A stretch of 64,000 bases of DNA from Haplodiscus bocki. Taxonomy: Eukaryota. The DNA lies in the NCBI GenBank assembly GCA_965655095.1, contig OZ296659.1:46500001-46564000 (forward strand), given 5' to 3'. The notes under the pieces were generated by a model. That model saw only the letters and a list, made by a program, of their open reading frames with translations. It was not told where the DNA came from and ran no database searches. Numbering within the stretch: position 1 is the stretch's first letter; the number at the start of each line of letters is the position of its first letter. Both the position numbers and the translations under genes were made by a program. Of the stretch, positions 49,001 to 61,985 are shown piece after piece.

Positions 49001-49245
49001 GATCGTATTCTGAGATCTGTATCTTTCACTTTTGTCTCCAATTTCTCTCTTTCGTGTCTAAGTGTGTCTATGAGAGTGAATTATCAGATGCTGCTTGTTT
49101 TATGAGTTTTTGAGTTTTCAGCGCTTCAAATTTTTCAAAATTATTTTACGTTCAATGAAGTTTGCTTTCTGGATTGTTCTACTTTGGTGTTTAGCTATGC
49201 TACTTTGACGCGGTGTTTGTTTCAGCGTTGTAAAAGTACGCCATT

Positions 49246-49445
49246 AGTATAAGGTAGCACATGTTTTTTGCGGGTCCATTCCGAGATTGGGTCAATGTTT
49301 TCGCGGGTGAGTCTCAATTCTCTCGATCCTTTCGCAAGTTGATCTCTACAAGGTTCACCTGCGAGAAGACTGAAGATTCACTCGCGAAAAGATTGACTCA
49401 ATCTTGGGATTGACACTCGAAAAACCATGTGAGTCCTCATTAGTG
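49246..49445. mobile_element. Foldback MITE-like element (~200-bp imperfect palindrome)
   Basis: Left arm CATGTTTTTTGCGGGTCCATTCCGAGATTGGGTCAATGTTTTCGCGGGTGAGTCT is an imperfect reverse complement of right arm AGATTCACTCGCGAAAAGATTGACTCAATCTTGGGATTGACACTCGAAAAACCATG. Confidence 0.75.
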
Positions 49446-50529
49446 AAAAAGGTGAGAGTTATGAAAAGAATCGCGGTAAAAACTAAGAAGTTGATTGATA
49501 CTGTTTTTAGTCTCCAAAAGATTTTTCTTTTTGATTTTATATAAAAATGAAGACCTTGACGATCATGCACAAATAGCTCCGACGGTACAACCAGTTGCTG
49601 TGGTTCTGATGATTGAGGGCTCGGATCCGAAAGGCGACGTTATTTTTTTCTCATATGGACCAGCAGTAAAGAAATTCTGAAGAAACTGTGGAATCAGTTT
49701 CTTAGTACCGTCTCGTTTCGAGGATTTATCACCTTAATTGACAATGAATTGGAAACAGCTGCTTTTCAAGATAGTGACAATAACTCTCGCTCTTTTGACA
49801 AGTTTGGTTTCAATTTGTTTGACATATCATTATTGGTGAATTATACCATTCTCTGGTATCAGACTCTGATACGTCTGATTACGAAAAACAGGAGTATACA
49901 ATATGATCTGACTCCTGGCCAGATTATGACGGTCTCCGTCTGAACGACGGTGTTTGTTTTTTCTGTTGCCCCCACTCATATGAAAATCGAAGGTATGAGA
50001 AGTATTTGGTAATCACAGTTCACACGTAGCGCTATAGACCCCATTGAGACCCACTTTTTTGAATCAAGTAATACATTTTTGAAGTAGCGCAGAACACTCA
50101 TTATATTGTCCCTGATAACAATAAAGCGTTTTTGGAACTCGTTCGCTCGCATTAAAATCAATTCGTGAGCGGGCGGCATTCAGAGGTCACGTTCTGAGAT
50201 TACTATGAGTGATCTCGGAGAAATGGACACAGAGATGAAGAGTTCAAAATTCTATTCGGAACGTGAAAAAAACTTTCCAATTGGCCTATGGAATCAATTT
50301 CACCAACTGCTGGATATTGAAATATTTCAGCAGGAATGTGGACAAGTTGTTGGTGAATTCTGATTGGTTGGTCATAGCTTATAATACCTCTCAACTTTTC
50401 TGTTTCTTGCAGGCCGCATTAAAGTTGACAACCAATTACAGTGAAATCCTCGGGACAAGCTTGAGAGCAATCAACGGTCAGTTTTTTTGGCGTTTTCAAT
50501 CAGAATACTACTCCGAGAACTCGTCTTTG

Positions 50530-50990
50530 TAATCCTAACACCTCACAGTTTTTGATTTTGAAAGCTTCGTTTTTTAATTCAACCTTTCACCTGTTATCTT
50601 ATTATTCAAAAGTTATCTTTTGGGGTTTTGACTACAACGATACAATTCTTCTGAAGCCACCATGTCCAATCTATCTAGTCCCTGTCAGAGGCAAAAGAAG
50701 TAATACTTGGACTACGAATAGTTTACACGATTCGAAGTGGAACTTTGGAATTTACGATTCCTCTTTTCCTTAGTTTCTTTCCTAGCTCAAAAATCTGTTT
50801 CCCAAACATCATCGTTCACGCCAAAGGTAACGAGGTTTTGTTTCTACGGAACTTCTTCACTCAGGTCTTTGTTTTAGATCACGCTAACTGTCCCAAAGTG
50901 TGCGAGTTCCAGTAGAACTGTACTCGCAGCTGTCTCAATCATTCACCATTTTTCTCACGAGATCTTAGCTAATGGGAGAAATCAAACTAT
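50530..50990 (+). pseudogene. Polinton accessory DEDD-exonuclease-like gene, disrupted
   Basis: DFESF...NDTILLKPP...WTTNSLH..KW..G.YD...AKG.E...LD...CPKV pattern across frames. Confidence 0.45.
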
Positions 50991-51850
50991 CTCTAAGTCA
51001 TTCTCAACAGAACACTTACGTCTACAGGTTCCCAAACACAGAATTACTAGTACAACTTGTTCCTACCATATCCCCGAGTTTAACCATATCAGTATCCACA
51101 ACCAACCAGGTCAATATCGAGAACGTCTCTGGAAGCATCGCCATTAAATGGGTGAAAGCTCGGTTACATAAACCATTGTGAAAGGCCGTCATACATTTTT
51201 TTATGCTGAATTCCTTAAGCTTTATTCGAGTACCTTTTCCAATCTTCCTGTTCTGAACTTCATAGCAAATCGTGTCAAATGCCGGATTGAAGCAGCTGAT
51301 GGAAGAGAACAACAGCAAGCCCTTGAAACTTCCGCCACCCCCTAAAGCTACAATTCTATCTGGTGAAGAGGACCCCCGCTTGCGAAAACAAAATTTCAGA
51401 TAACTAAGAGACAGAGTAGACATTGTCGAAATTCTCCGTACGCGCCTGGAAACCTGAAGAAGTTATAGAGTACCTCTAAAAGAGTGCGCGATGATTTTAA
51501 CGTTTGTATGTTTTACGTATAAAATATGTGCAACTCCTAAATAAATTTTCTCAAGCTAAAACATTTATACTTAGAGATGGAAGAGCGAACAGTTGACTAT
51601 CCCAACGATTTTGTAGTTGAACTTTTCGTCTACGTTGAAAATAATAGCGAAAGAACGCTCTTCGTGGAAGTTGTGTAACTCGACAACATTACCAAGATCT
51701 GAGGTTGTCTTTTTTTTCAAGTCTTACTTCTGATACTCATCATTAGCGGTATAGTAAAGCTACTTTTCTACGGAATACAGTGTGGAGAAAGCCAATATGG
51801 CTCCCTCTGTTGTCAGCTTCAGTTGGCTACATACTTTCCAGCCCACATCT

Positions 51851-52537
51851 ATGAACGGAAAAATCTTCGCTAACGATAGACTATTCGTGTCTCTCATGGG
51901 CCCTAGAGGCTCAGGTAAGACACGACTTATTTTGGCAATGTTGGCATCACCTACAACTCTCCATCCAACGCCTGGAAAAACCTACTTCTTTGCGAAGAAT
52001 ATCATCCATCTTTCAAAGAAGTGACTGAAACACTGTACATAGAGTTTGTCCCATGTCTCGATTTGGAAGTGACCAAGACGGATGAAAACTGTTCGCTGTT
52101 CTTCGATGATTCTTTCGAAGGAATCCACCAGGAAGAAGAATTTGCTAGGATCGTCGTTGCTAGAAGCCATAAAAAAGATTCATTGCATTATCATCAAACA
52201 TAATTTGTTCCATGAGAGCAAGTGGTCGCTTACAATTGACCTCATTACAACACACGTTGACTTATTCGAAATTCCGCGTGACTTTCAGCGTTTTGATCGC
52301 TGTGGTACACAAGTGAACAAATGGCATTTCATTCGAGATCGTTATCAAAAAGCTACTTCTCCATTGGGTCATTTTTTGATTGATTTCGATCCAACGACAA
52401 GTGAATCGTTGCGGTTCTTTTCCAATATAACCGGAGTAGGTCCTACATTTTTGAATCTAGTCTCTTCTCTGGCGAAAGCGACCGCTTGGTCAAATGAAAA
52501 AGAAAAATGCGCTTGTACTGAAGTTTTGGGAAATTAA
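51851..52537 (+). pseudogene. Polinton A32/FtsK-like DNA-packaging ATPase, frameshifted
   Basis: Walker A MGPRGSGKT; Walker B SLFFDDS; RSHKK.IHCIIIKHNLFHESKWSLTIDLITTHVDLFEIPRD. Confidence 0.88.
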
Positions 52538-53379
52538 TCGGAAGAGTTTTCCAAAGAATTTCATGTAACTCTGGCGCAATTGAAGTCAAATTTCTCTCTG
52601 AACGAAATGTCTTTAACGAAAATTTTCTTCTCACTATCGATCGCTTACACCCATGAAAAACAGCTGGAAGTTTTATGGAATGCTAAGACGTGTGACAAGA
52701 AGACGAATTCTTTCCTCCAACAAAGTGATCAAGTTGATGCAGGAGATCAGTTGGCGAGTTTAATCATCTAACACAATGAGCTCACAACATTTCATTCTAA
52801 ATTTTCAAGAAAAGTATGTTGAAGAGCAACATAACTTATCGGAGGTTTTGTTCATCAAAAAATCACCGGGAAAGCCAAACAACTAACGTTGCTGCAGCGA
52901 CAAAAACCTACGGTAGCAAATGATGAAAACCCAACTTTATCCAAAATAGCTGAAAATCAGTCAATTGTTCTGCAGAAATGGGCCTTGAAATCATCATCAA
53001 TGCTGCAGCCCGGTTAGCCCGAAAAAACAAAGCCAATCTTGAAAGAAGCTAGGAAGCTTCGGATGTTGGAGTTAACGAAGATGAATTTCTCGCATTAGAT
53101 GATCGGGTAACGGCAAATGAGGCTACCAGTTTTTTTTCCAAATTACAGCGAACAAAGAAAGGACTATATGACCCTGAATACAAACGTATTTTAGTGAAGA
53201 CGGATTTCTCCCCAGACTTGGTCGCTAACTCCGACGCTAAGATAATACTCCAACCTACTCGAAGCAAAACAAAAGTAAAACGTAAAATTCAAACGCCAAA
53301 CAAAGCATCAGAGAAACAACGACTGGATGACGAGCAGTTTGCGGAAGATTCTCAGGCAGAAGAGATCTCAACGCGAGCG

Positions 53380-54305
53380 CGGGAAACCCTGATTCTGAGA
53401 AATGAAAACTCTGGAGCTTATATAAGTAGGGACCGGAAGCGTTTCAAATCTGCAGACAGTTCCATGTCTCGGGTGAAAGTTGAATTTTTCCTACAGTGTA
53501 AAACTTCAGAGGCGATTGACAGACAACACCGAAAATATTTTCCTCGCTTGAAAGATATTGCTAAGGATATCAATGAGAACTGGTTTTTTGATTTAGCTTT
53601 TTCTTAAGCGACTGAATACAACAGTGGTGTTGAATACCTACCTTCTGGTCGCTGTTGATGTACTGTCATTAAAATTCGCGAGTTCAGCCAATGCAAACCA
53701 AGGGTGAGAAAGAAATTAGCGAAACTTTTGTTCGCATGGTCACCAAAACTAAACCATTGAAAATATGGTCTGATGAATGAATCGAATTTAAAGGATTTCG
53801 GAGCTTGATTCCCTCAAAAAGTTCGGGGGAATGAAAGGCATTGACACTTCTACCACAAACAAAACAGTGAAGGGAAATCGGCCTTTGCAGAGTGCAAAAA
53901 GCGATTCCTCCTTGACAATATCTACCAACATTTGGAGAACAGATGATTTTGTCGCTACATAAACGAATGCAGTCTTCCATTAACACGATCAATTTTCGAA
54001 TCAATCGCGTTACACGATTGGCTCCCAAGAAGGTCTCGGCGAAGCATGTAATACAGTTGGTTTCAGAGATAGTGCAACAGTCGAGTACACTCGTCAGATA
54101 ACCATACTTGAAGCCAGTTGACAAAGTTCGAATATCAAAGGAAGATACACCGTTTGGAAAAGGGTACAAACAACGCTTCACTGACGAAATCTTCCAGACT
54201 ACAAAAATTGCAACATTCAACCCACCCACTTGCCTGCTGGTTGGCTCTGAAGGAGGAGACTGTGAAGGATTATTTTACGAGCCAGAGTTGACAAAAACTC
54301 GGTAG
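53380..54305 (+). pseudogene. Polinton retroviral-like integrase, disrupted
   Basis: RKYFPRLK.IAKDINENWFFDLA, LVAVDVLS, IWSD...EFKG, INFRINRVTRLAPKKV, DKVRISKEDTPFGKGYKQRFTDEIF...FYEPEL. Confidence 0.88.
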
Positions 54306-54307
54306 AA

Positions 54308-54600
54308 ATGGATGAATTTCACATCTAATTAGATTCAACTGGTCCATTGGGAAACAAAACACAATGGCATGCTTTTGCAACGTGCTCGCAGAACCTTTAC
54401 AAGTGGAAGGAGATTGGAGAGTAGCTTTCGGAGAAAAAAATTTCCCAACAAGTATCAAGAATGTTACCAGGAAAGACTACTTCGTATACACACTAACCGC
54501 AACCTGCAAGTCGCGTGTTCAAGGAAGCCTAACTTATTGACGGATTTGCATTTTAAAAAGCTAGTTTTGGATACAATCAGTGAAATATTTATTGAATTAG
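54308..54600 (+). pseudogene. Polinton minor capsid (penton) N-terminus, truncated
   Basis: MDEFHI*LDST...NTMACFCNVLAEPLQVEGDWRVAFGEKNFPTS matches the penton F.I.L.SN...NT...F...L..PL.LEG.W.VAL.EI.FP pattern. Confidence 0.7.
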
Positions 54601-54650
54601 TTTCGGTGACTGGAAACTAGGTCCAATTTTTTGGAACCGGTTGTGTTGGA

Positions 54651-55296
54651 GCACACGGAAAAAGCCCCTGCGAAGTAGCGCACCGGAAAAGCCACTGTGA
54701 AGTAACGCACGGAAAAAACCCCGGTAAAGTATCGCACGGAAAATGTCCCTGCGAAACACCGCACGGAATAAGCCCTCGCGAAATAGCGCACTGAAAAGGC
54801 CGCAGCGAAGTAGCGCACTGAAATAGTCCCGGCGTTGAGCCCTCGGAAAAAGCTCAGCCAAGGGAGAGTGCATCAAAAAACCCTTGCGAAAGAGCACGGA
54901 AAAAGCCCCGGTCGATGAACGCACGGAAAATGCCCCTGTGAAAGACCGCACTCAACAGTTCTTGACGAATTAGCGCACGGAAAGATACCCTGCGAAATAG
55001 CGCACGGAAAAAGCCGCCGCGATGTAGCGTACTGGAAAAGCCCCGGTGAAGAGCCCACGGAAAAAAAGCGGACTTGAAAATGGCGCGCAAGAAAAGCCCC
55101 GTTGAAAGACCGAACGGAATGTTCCCCTTCAATATAGCGCACGGAGAACTCCCCTTCAAAATAGCGCACGGAATAAATACCTACAAAAAAGCACACGAAC
55201 AAAGCCCCTGCGCAATAGCGCAAGGAAATAAATTTCATAAAACAGTGTATGGACTGAAACTTGCGGAAAATAGTGCACGGTAAAAGCCTCTGCAGG
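54651..55296. repeat. 27-bp minisatellite, about 24 degenerate copies (consensus GCACGGAAAAAGCCCCTGCGAAATAGC)
   Basis: Direct head-to-tail repetition with no unique spacers; explains the 9-aa-periodic ORFs on both strands. Confidence 0.9.
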
Positions 55297-55934
55297 ACAG
55301 TGTGGGGATCGGCGAATGGGATAACACTCGATAAATTTATGCATGTTTCAACAATCAAGAAACGTTACAAAAAGGTTCCAGCCTACACAACAGCATTCGA
55401 GTCAAAGCCGGTGTGATGACAATTCAAACATGACAATTCTAGGTGTTGTGCGGATGAGGACACACCGCAAAGGTGACCTTTGAGAAACCAACAGGATTTA
55501 TGTTTTTGTTTTTTTTTAATGTCATGGTTCCCAGCTGTGTTGAATGAAGAGCTGAAAAAAGAAGTGAAACATCCATGCCCTCTATTGAAAAAAAATCCAA
55601 AAAGTGTTAATCCGTCAATACATCAGTTATTTTGACTTCTGGAAACAATCCAGCGAAAGTATAAAAACAAACGTCACATGGTTTTGAACCTGCGGCCTAC
55701 TTCTTCGTTTATTCAGCCATTACAAGTGTTCGGTACCAGTCACTATGAAATGAGCCTTTTTAGCGAACGATAATAGTCGAGTGCCTAATTAAAGTATTTT
55801 TTGGTTTCGATTAGTTTTTCTACTCTCATGGTTGAAGAGTTTGCTTTTTTTCTTTCACTTATAAGATCTCAACCTAAGAGCTCGGTTTTGCAAAAAATTT
55901 TTAAGTTTGAAAACTCAATTCAAAACCCATTGTT

Positions 55935-56335
55935 CAAAATGAATTAGCACTCAGTTTGCTCAAAGCATGGGGTAAAAAAAGTTAATGTAGTTTGGGATTA
56001 CCTTCAACCCGGAGAAGACAGTTTTTCATGCCCGCAGCTTGAAGAAGTTTCTCTGCTAGAGGCGGGCAGGACATCCCATGTCGCGAACCACGAATACCTC
56101 AGCCCTTTAGATTTTGCAGGTCCCAGGAACCTCGGGCTATCGGGAATCGTTTTCTGATGTCATTATCTCTGGCAGCAACGTTTCCCGTTTTGTTCATCTT
56201 TTTACCAAAGCGCACATCTTCAATTTTAGCGCCCACCATAACCAGAGCTCTATGACGGGTTCTCGGAACCCCTTTTGTGCTGGTACTTGTCTCAGCAATT
56301 ACTTTCAGTAGGACTTCCTCCATGTGTAGGCTCAT
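55935..56335 (-). pseudogene. RPS2: Highly diverged 40S ribosomal protein uS5 (RPS2)-like relic, intronless
   Basis: EEVLLKV...RTRHRALVMVG...VRFGKK...PIARGSW then, in the same frame past one stop, RG..G..CPPLAEKLLQAAGMKNC....G...ALSKL. Compare RPS2 DEVLKI...RTRFKAFVAIG...VGLGVK...PVRRGYW...[23 protein letters not shown]...AISKT. Confidence 0.6.
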
Positions 56336-56387
56336 GTTTTTGTTGAATGATGATTCAATTTAGTATGAACACAAGAAAAACCATTTT

Positions 56388-56667
56388 GTTTGAAAACAAT
56401 GTGGTTTTCATGATTTCAAATAAGATGTTACACAGTAAAGATTTTTCGTTTTCACCTGTGCTTAATTTCAAAATCTGAACAATTGAGAAAAACCAAGCTG
56501 TTCGGAAAGGTAAATGGAAATGAATCGTTTGATTACAATGTGGTTTTTATGATTTTAAATTAGACATAACAAAGTGAAAATTTTCCGTTTTCATCTGTGA
56601 ATATTCTCAACATCTGAACAATTAACAAAAACATGGCTCTTCGGAAAAGTAGGTGAGAAAATGAATC
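56388..56667. repeat. Diverged 139-bp tandem dimer
   Basis: GTTTGA..ACAATGTGGTTTT...ATCTGAACAATT...TTCGGAAA...ATGAATC repeated at 56388 and 56527. Confidence 0.85.
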
Positions 56668-57074
56668 ATGATTCTTCAATAATTGGATTTCAGTGATAGG
56701 TTATGTTGACAATTGTTTAAGGTAATGAGTCCAGTGGAGGTTTGTATAAAAATAAGATGCTAAAATCTTTACCTAATTGAGCCAAAACTTGAAAGATGTT
56801 TTAACCGCTTCAAAGTCGGGTTAGCCAAGTCTTTTTTCTACGTATTATTTGCATTGATTGCGTGGGCGTTAAAGGAAGCAGGTGCAGAATTTTTTTAAAT
56901 GGAGGCTTTCGCTTGTTTAGGCGGTGATTTCAGAGAAGACACTTGAGCCGTTTTGAATAGAGGAGGGTTATTTTAAGGTTCGTTGGCTGTCTTATTCTCT
57001 CTATTCGCTCTGTGATTAAATTTGAAATTCCAGCAGTCTAGCCTAGGCTACATGTAACTTTTGTTAACAAACTA

Positions 57075-57176
57075 AGATTCACCTGCAATATCTGTTTTAG
57101 ATTACAGATTTACTCGCAAAAAGATTGACATAATCTTGGGTTTGACCCGCGAAAAACCATGTGAATCCCTATACTG
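57075..57176. mobile_element. Solo right arm of the foldback MITE at 49246-49445
   Basis: AGATTTACTCGCAAAAAGATTGACATAATCTTGGGTTTGACCCGCGAAAAACCATGTGAATCCCTATACT. Confidence 0.7.
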
Positions 57177-60100
57177 CTTACGCCCATCTTTCACGTTTCC
57201 AGTTTTCATCGATATCCAACGCAAGGCCTAATTGCTCTTGGCCTGACAAAGCAGTCGGTTTGTCTTAATGCCTGTAAATTTAATGCCTGGTTGCAAGTTG
57301 TAACCTGACAGTCGAGATTTATCTCGATAGTTGCTTGTCTGGACAAAACCATGAAACTATTTTTTTTTGGAATTGACCTGGAAATGTCAATAACTGACGG
57401 CCTGTTTCGCTTCATTTCGTAAGAAAAGTGCCAGGAGTGCGGCAAGAAACTTAACCGTATGTAACCGCTGCTCAATGCTTTGCAACGACTTTGAACGTTT
57501 CTTCGGTCCTTGGTTAATCGTACTTTCTACGAATGATGTAGGATTCAAAGTTTATTATCTAATTGATTTCAAACAGCTCGACTTGTCATATATTCTTAAC
57601 TGCAGATTTTTATCAAATCTTGTTTGAGCTGGACACTAGTGGTGATAATAGTTCAAATTGCGGTCAATATCTGTTTACAGCGCCCGAATTTGAAGAATTG
57701 AACAATTGAAATCTAGAGGTAGATACAGATTGACTTTTCTAGCGTAAATACATTTGCTTAAGCTAGTGTTTAATGACAGGTTCTGATTTTTTTTCGATCC
57801 GTTCACAGGTTCCTAGATTTTGAAGTATCTTTCCTTTTTATTTGCTTGTTTCTCGGGATTCCAACATTTTTTACACTTACCCAATCAAATGTTTCAAGTC
57901 TTAATTTATTTCCGATCCGTTTACAACTGACAAAAGTTTCTATATTCAACCAAAGACGAGTGAGTAGCCTAGGCTTGAGCTTGGGACACTTCGCACGAGC
58001 CTGGGACACTTTGCGTCGCAGTTGCATTGTCTAGTGACTGCCATTGCCGCTTGAGGATCAGCCTCTCCAATCAAAATATCAAGAGATTGAAATATCGTTC
58101 CGTTTGTTACTGGTACGTAAATGTAGAAGATATAACTGAGTTTCTGTAAACTTGTTCTCAGTTGTATCGTGGCTCCTTCAAAAAGCAAACTTGTTTTTTG
58201 TCGATTTGTCCAATAGTGTTTCGTTGGTGGAAGTGTTACGAAGCACAGCTTTGCCTCTGTGTTCAATATCTGACTACGTGCTAGAACGCAATAATTACTT
58301 AGCAAACGATTTATCGGAACCAATAAATAAAACTCTTATTTCGCGAATAAAACGTAAAATAGTGAAGGCCATGATGAAAATTAACAGGCGGTGGCCTAAG
58401 ATAAGTTGGCTGGTTTAAAATCCCTCCAAATGATCGATTTTCTATGACATTTGAAACATTCAGAATATGGTAAATTCAAGCTAATTGAAAATATGAATTT
58501 GAATTAAATAAAAAGTCACTAAAGGGTGGTATGTGGCTCCCAAATTGGATACCATTGCAAATGATTTTTGTAGGTTGTTGTTGTTACTTCTGTTAATTGC
58601 AGTCAATTTTCTGAATAGGCTAACTGAATAATTATTTTTAGTTTTGGCTGTTGATTTCAGATACAGCTAGCTTTTTTAAACAAGAATTTTTCTGCCGATC
58701 AGTTTTTTCTGTAATCCCTGATGTGGAGTTTCTGTGTTTCTACTAATGAGTATAACCCGATTGCCTCAAGGTACCAATTCGGCCGACGGTATTTTCAGTG
58801 AATGCTTTCAGCCTTTTTGCTTGAACTGAGAAGTTCAGAATTTTTGCTTGGTATGTGAAATACGAAACCGGAGCTGGAAATAATTGAAAACTTAGCTGTG
58901 ATTTGTTTTTTGATCACACAATGTATGTGGGTTAACTCTCAGAACTTCGAGTTGAGCCTAATTTAGGCTCTCTGAGGTCGGCCGTTGGACCTGCGAAACT
59001 ATTTTTCTGAAACTCACTACATATCGTCTTTTTGTAAAGTTGTGCGAATCAACGCCAATCTTGGGCCAGTAGCACTTGACGGCCTTGAGATATAGAATTT
59101 AATGGGTCAGTTTAAAATATCCGGTTTCTATCATTTAGGTTTGTTTTTGGGGACAAATCACGGTTTTGGAAGTTTTAACTAAAACGACAAGTTTTCAAGT
59201 TGAAATTTTTGAACTCGCTGGCGCCAACACTGGTACATGGCTATTTATGGTGCCAGGCCAAAATTTTTTTTCGGTGGTTGGTTGCGCGGCAATACATTAA
59301 AAAGATTTCCTGATGTTATTCTGAAGGTTTATTTTTATTGCCCTAATCTGGAAAGCTGAGTTTTGATCTAACGGACTTATTAAGAGAAAGGTAGGACTGA
59401 AATGATCGATGCTGGAGTTTGGATGATTTTTCTGACATCTTTCCCATTGATGTTTCTAAAAGTTTTGCCGAGTGTTTTTGGAAATACTTTTGACCGCGAT
59501 TTGTATTTCTTTCGTTTTTGATTTCAATCGTTGAGGCTCGAATGTTTTCAAAAAAGGCGATGACATAAATAGATTTTTTCGTTCTATCATTTTTGATTTT
59601 GAATATTTCTAAAAGCCCAAAAATGCATTGTTTGTAGCCTCGAGACCATTGTGTTCTTCAATGATTTTTCGTCCGCATATTGAGGGATCGTCGCCTGTTG
59701 TCCGAATTTTTGATGTCATTAAAATTTTCTTCATCAATGCTTCAATATTCGAGCCCTGACAGGCGCTTATGTTGGAGAATCGGATAAACTCGAAGTCATG
59801 CTTTCTTCGTAATGCTTGTTTGAACCATCATATCTTGAAAATGAGACAAGATATCAAAAAAGACCTAATTAAAAAGATTAGCCTATAATAATTCTCCGAT
59901 TATACCCTAGATGAAAGTGTATTGCTTATTTAAGATAGAACCATCATAAGAATTTATATGAACCAGCATTTCAAGAGCTTTGTTCCACCCATCATGATCA
60001 TATCTTGACCGATAAAAACCTACGCAAAACTCGACTTCACATTAAAGGCGTCTAGATTTTGTTAACTGTCAAAAAACCTGTTGAAAAACGAGAAAATATT

Positions 60101-61985
60101 GTGATTGAAATGTCTCTTTTGGGAAATTAGTGTTTGTGAAAGGCAGACCTTTGTGTTAAGAATTGTTTTCGTTCTTTGCCGCGATAGGATAATCCCACAA
60201 TACGGTCAACATCCAATGATTCGGGCGTAAGCGGATTGAAATTAAAGGTTTGCACTCTAATATTTTAATTGAGTTTGAGCTACCTGTGACTGTGGAAGCT
60301 TTCGAGTTTGTCAAATGTTGATGATCGCTCAAATTAGTTAATTGGAAGCAATTTGTAGAATGTTCGCATAAGGCATGCTTTGAGCTCTGGAAACATGACG
60401 ACCGTTTCAGTAGAGCTCAATGCAAATTGTCAGCATTTCATTACCGTCTTTTCTGAAACTTGTGCGGTGGTCAAAAAATGGTGCCCAATAGTTTCATTGA
60501 CCTGCTGTTTTCTCCTAGAAGTAGTATCACCTCTTGACTGTCATTTGGATCACCCAACTGTTTCGAGGGTTTCCAGCGTACCCGAGGTAGATGCTTCTAG
60601 TCCAGGACATGCGGCGGGGTACACTTGAATGAATAAAACTGTAAGGTTACCATGTTTTCGCTTTCGATTGCCCATGCACCCACTTTTCTTGGCTGCCAAA
60701 ATCATTAAATTTGATCCCTGCCGCCACAAGCAGGTTAGATCTTCAAAAATCAGAATGGAATCTATCGGAGTTTCCATGTGCGATAGCAGTTTAATCGACA
60801 GGTTTCTTAGAGATCATTTCAAATGCTTGGGTTTATTTCGCCATGATGGGCGGCGGGCGATCCATCAATACTACCAACATGTAATGACGAGCGGAAAGGC
60901 GATGAGACAAAGATTTTGAGCTCTAAAATTTAATTGATGTTGAGCTTCTCATGGTGCTTTGTGCTTGATGAAGTCTTATCTAGGGGGACCCTTTGGTGCT
61001 GCTGAACGTTTCTGGTATCGGAAACTTTATAGATAAGGAGTGGCGGGCTATCACGATTTTTGTACGAAACTTTTTTCATCTCACAGTGCCCAAAATTTTC
61101 GTAGAAGGCACATGTTGGTGTTAGTGAGTACTTGACCGTGCCTGTACTTGCATATAGACTGTTCTTGCATGCTTCAAAATTATATGCCAGGAAAAAGTAG
61201 ACAATTCGTTGTGATCTCAAAAAACAAAGTGACGTTTTTTACGTATTTAGTTCTACCTAGATGTGCCGAAAAATTATTCGTATTCATCGAGACTTCAGTA
61301 GCTTTCGATAAGTATCGCAACAATCAACAGTTTTAGTAGAGAAATGAAACCTGGGCTAAACCAGCCCAAAACATATCAAGAAGGTTTTAATTTCGAAGAA
61401 GGTTTTGCAAATCAAGGATTTTCTTTGAGATGGGTCATTTCGTGCGAACTGGCAAAAAAGCCAGCTTCCCTGAGTTTGCAAAAATGTACCCAGAAGTACC
61501 TAAAATGCCGAAAGTTTTGATTTTGCTGATTTCACTCGAAAGATTGAAAATTTTGTCTAGAATTGGACATTTCGTCCGAAGCTGTCGAAGAAATTGAAAA
61601 ATTCCGTTCTTCTATAGATTTTACAGAAAACGCTAAAAAAATTGAAGTCCGAAATACAGGATTTTACCAAAACGCTAAAAATTTAAAAATGTCGAGGTGG
61701 AATTTGAACCCATGTCTGGATCTTCGGAATAATCATAATTTACCTCTTCATCAAGGAGATATTCATGTTTGTAAATCCAAATATTTTCAGATCGACGAAT
61801 GGGTAGTTTCTGGAAAGGAAAAAACTCCGGTAGTGAACTGAAAGTTTTACTTATTCCAAAGGAATTTTGCAAAAAAACACTGAAGTTGAAATTGCTATAG
61901 TGGTGGTTTCACAGTTGACAGCATCCACTTCTTGTTGGTCTGTGTCAAAAAGTAATCTATTTAAAAAATAAATTTTCTCTTGCAG

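Larger units (their letters stand above)
50530..54620 (+). mobile_element. Decayed Polinton/Maverick (adintovirus-like) segment
   Basis: Co-oriented exonuclease-like gene, packaging ATPase, retroviral-type integrase and minor capsid start; no pPolB, protease, major capsid or TIRs recognised. Confidence 0.85.
44460..61985 (+). other. 17,526-bp GT-AG intron of the NCS gene
   Basis: GT at 44460 and polypyrimidine TTTTCTCTTGCAG ending at 61985; the splice joins G+GT into Gly95 and keeps the frame. Confidence 0.88.

Noticed and set aside
54651-55296. CRISPR-like array
   Set aside because: Units are adjacent degenerate 27-mers without unique spacers; no cas genes; eukaryotic context
54589-55358. 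Repetitive ORFs of 62-161 aa on both strands
   Set aside because: By-product of the 27-bp (9-codon) minisatellite
60380-61130. Short ORFs and a probable dispersed repeat monomer
   Set aside because: No second copy in the window and no clear protein motif
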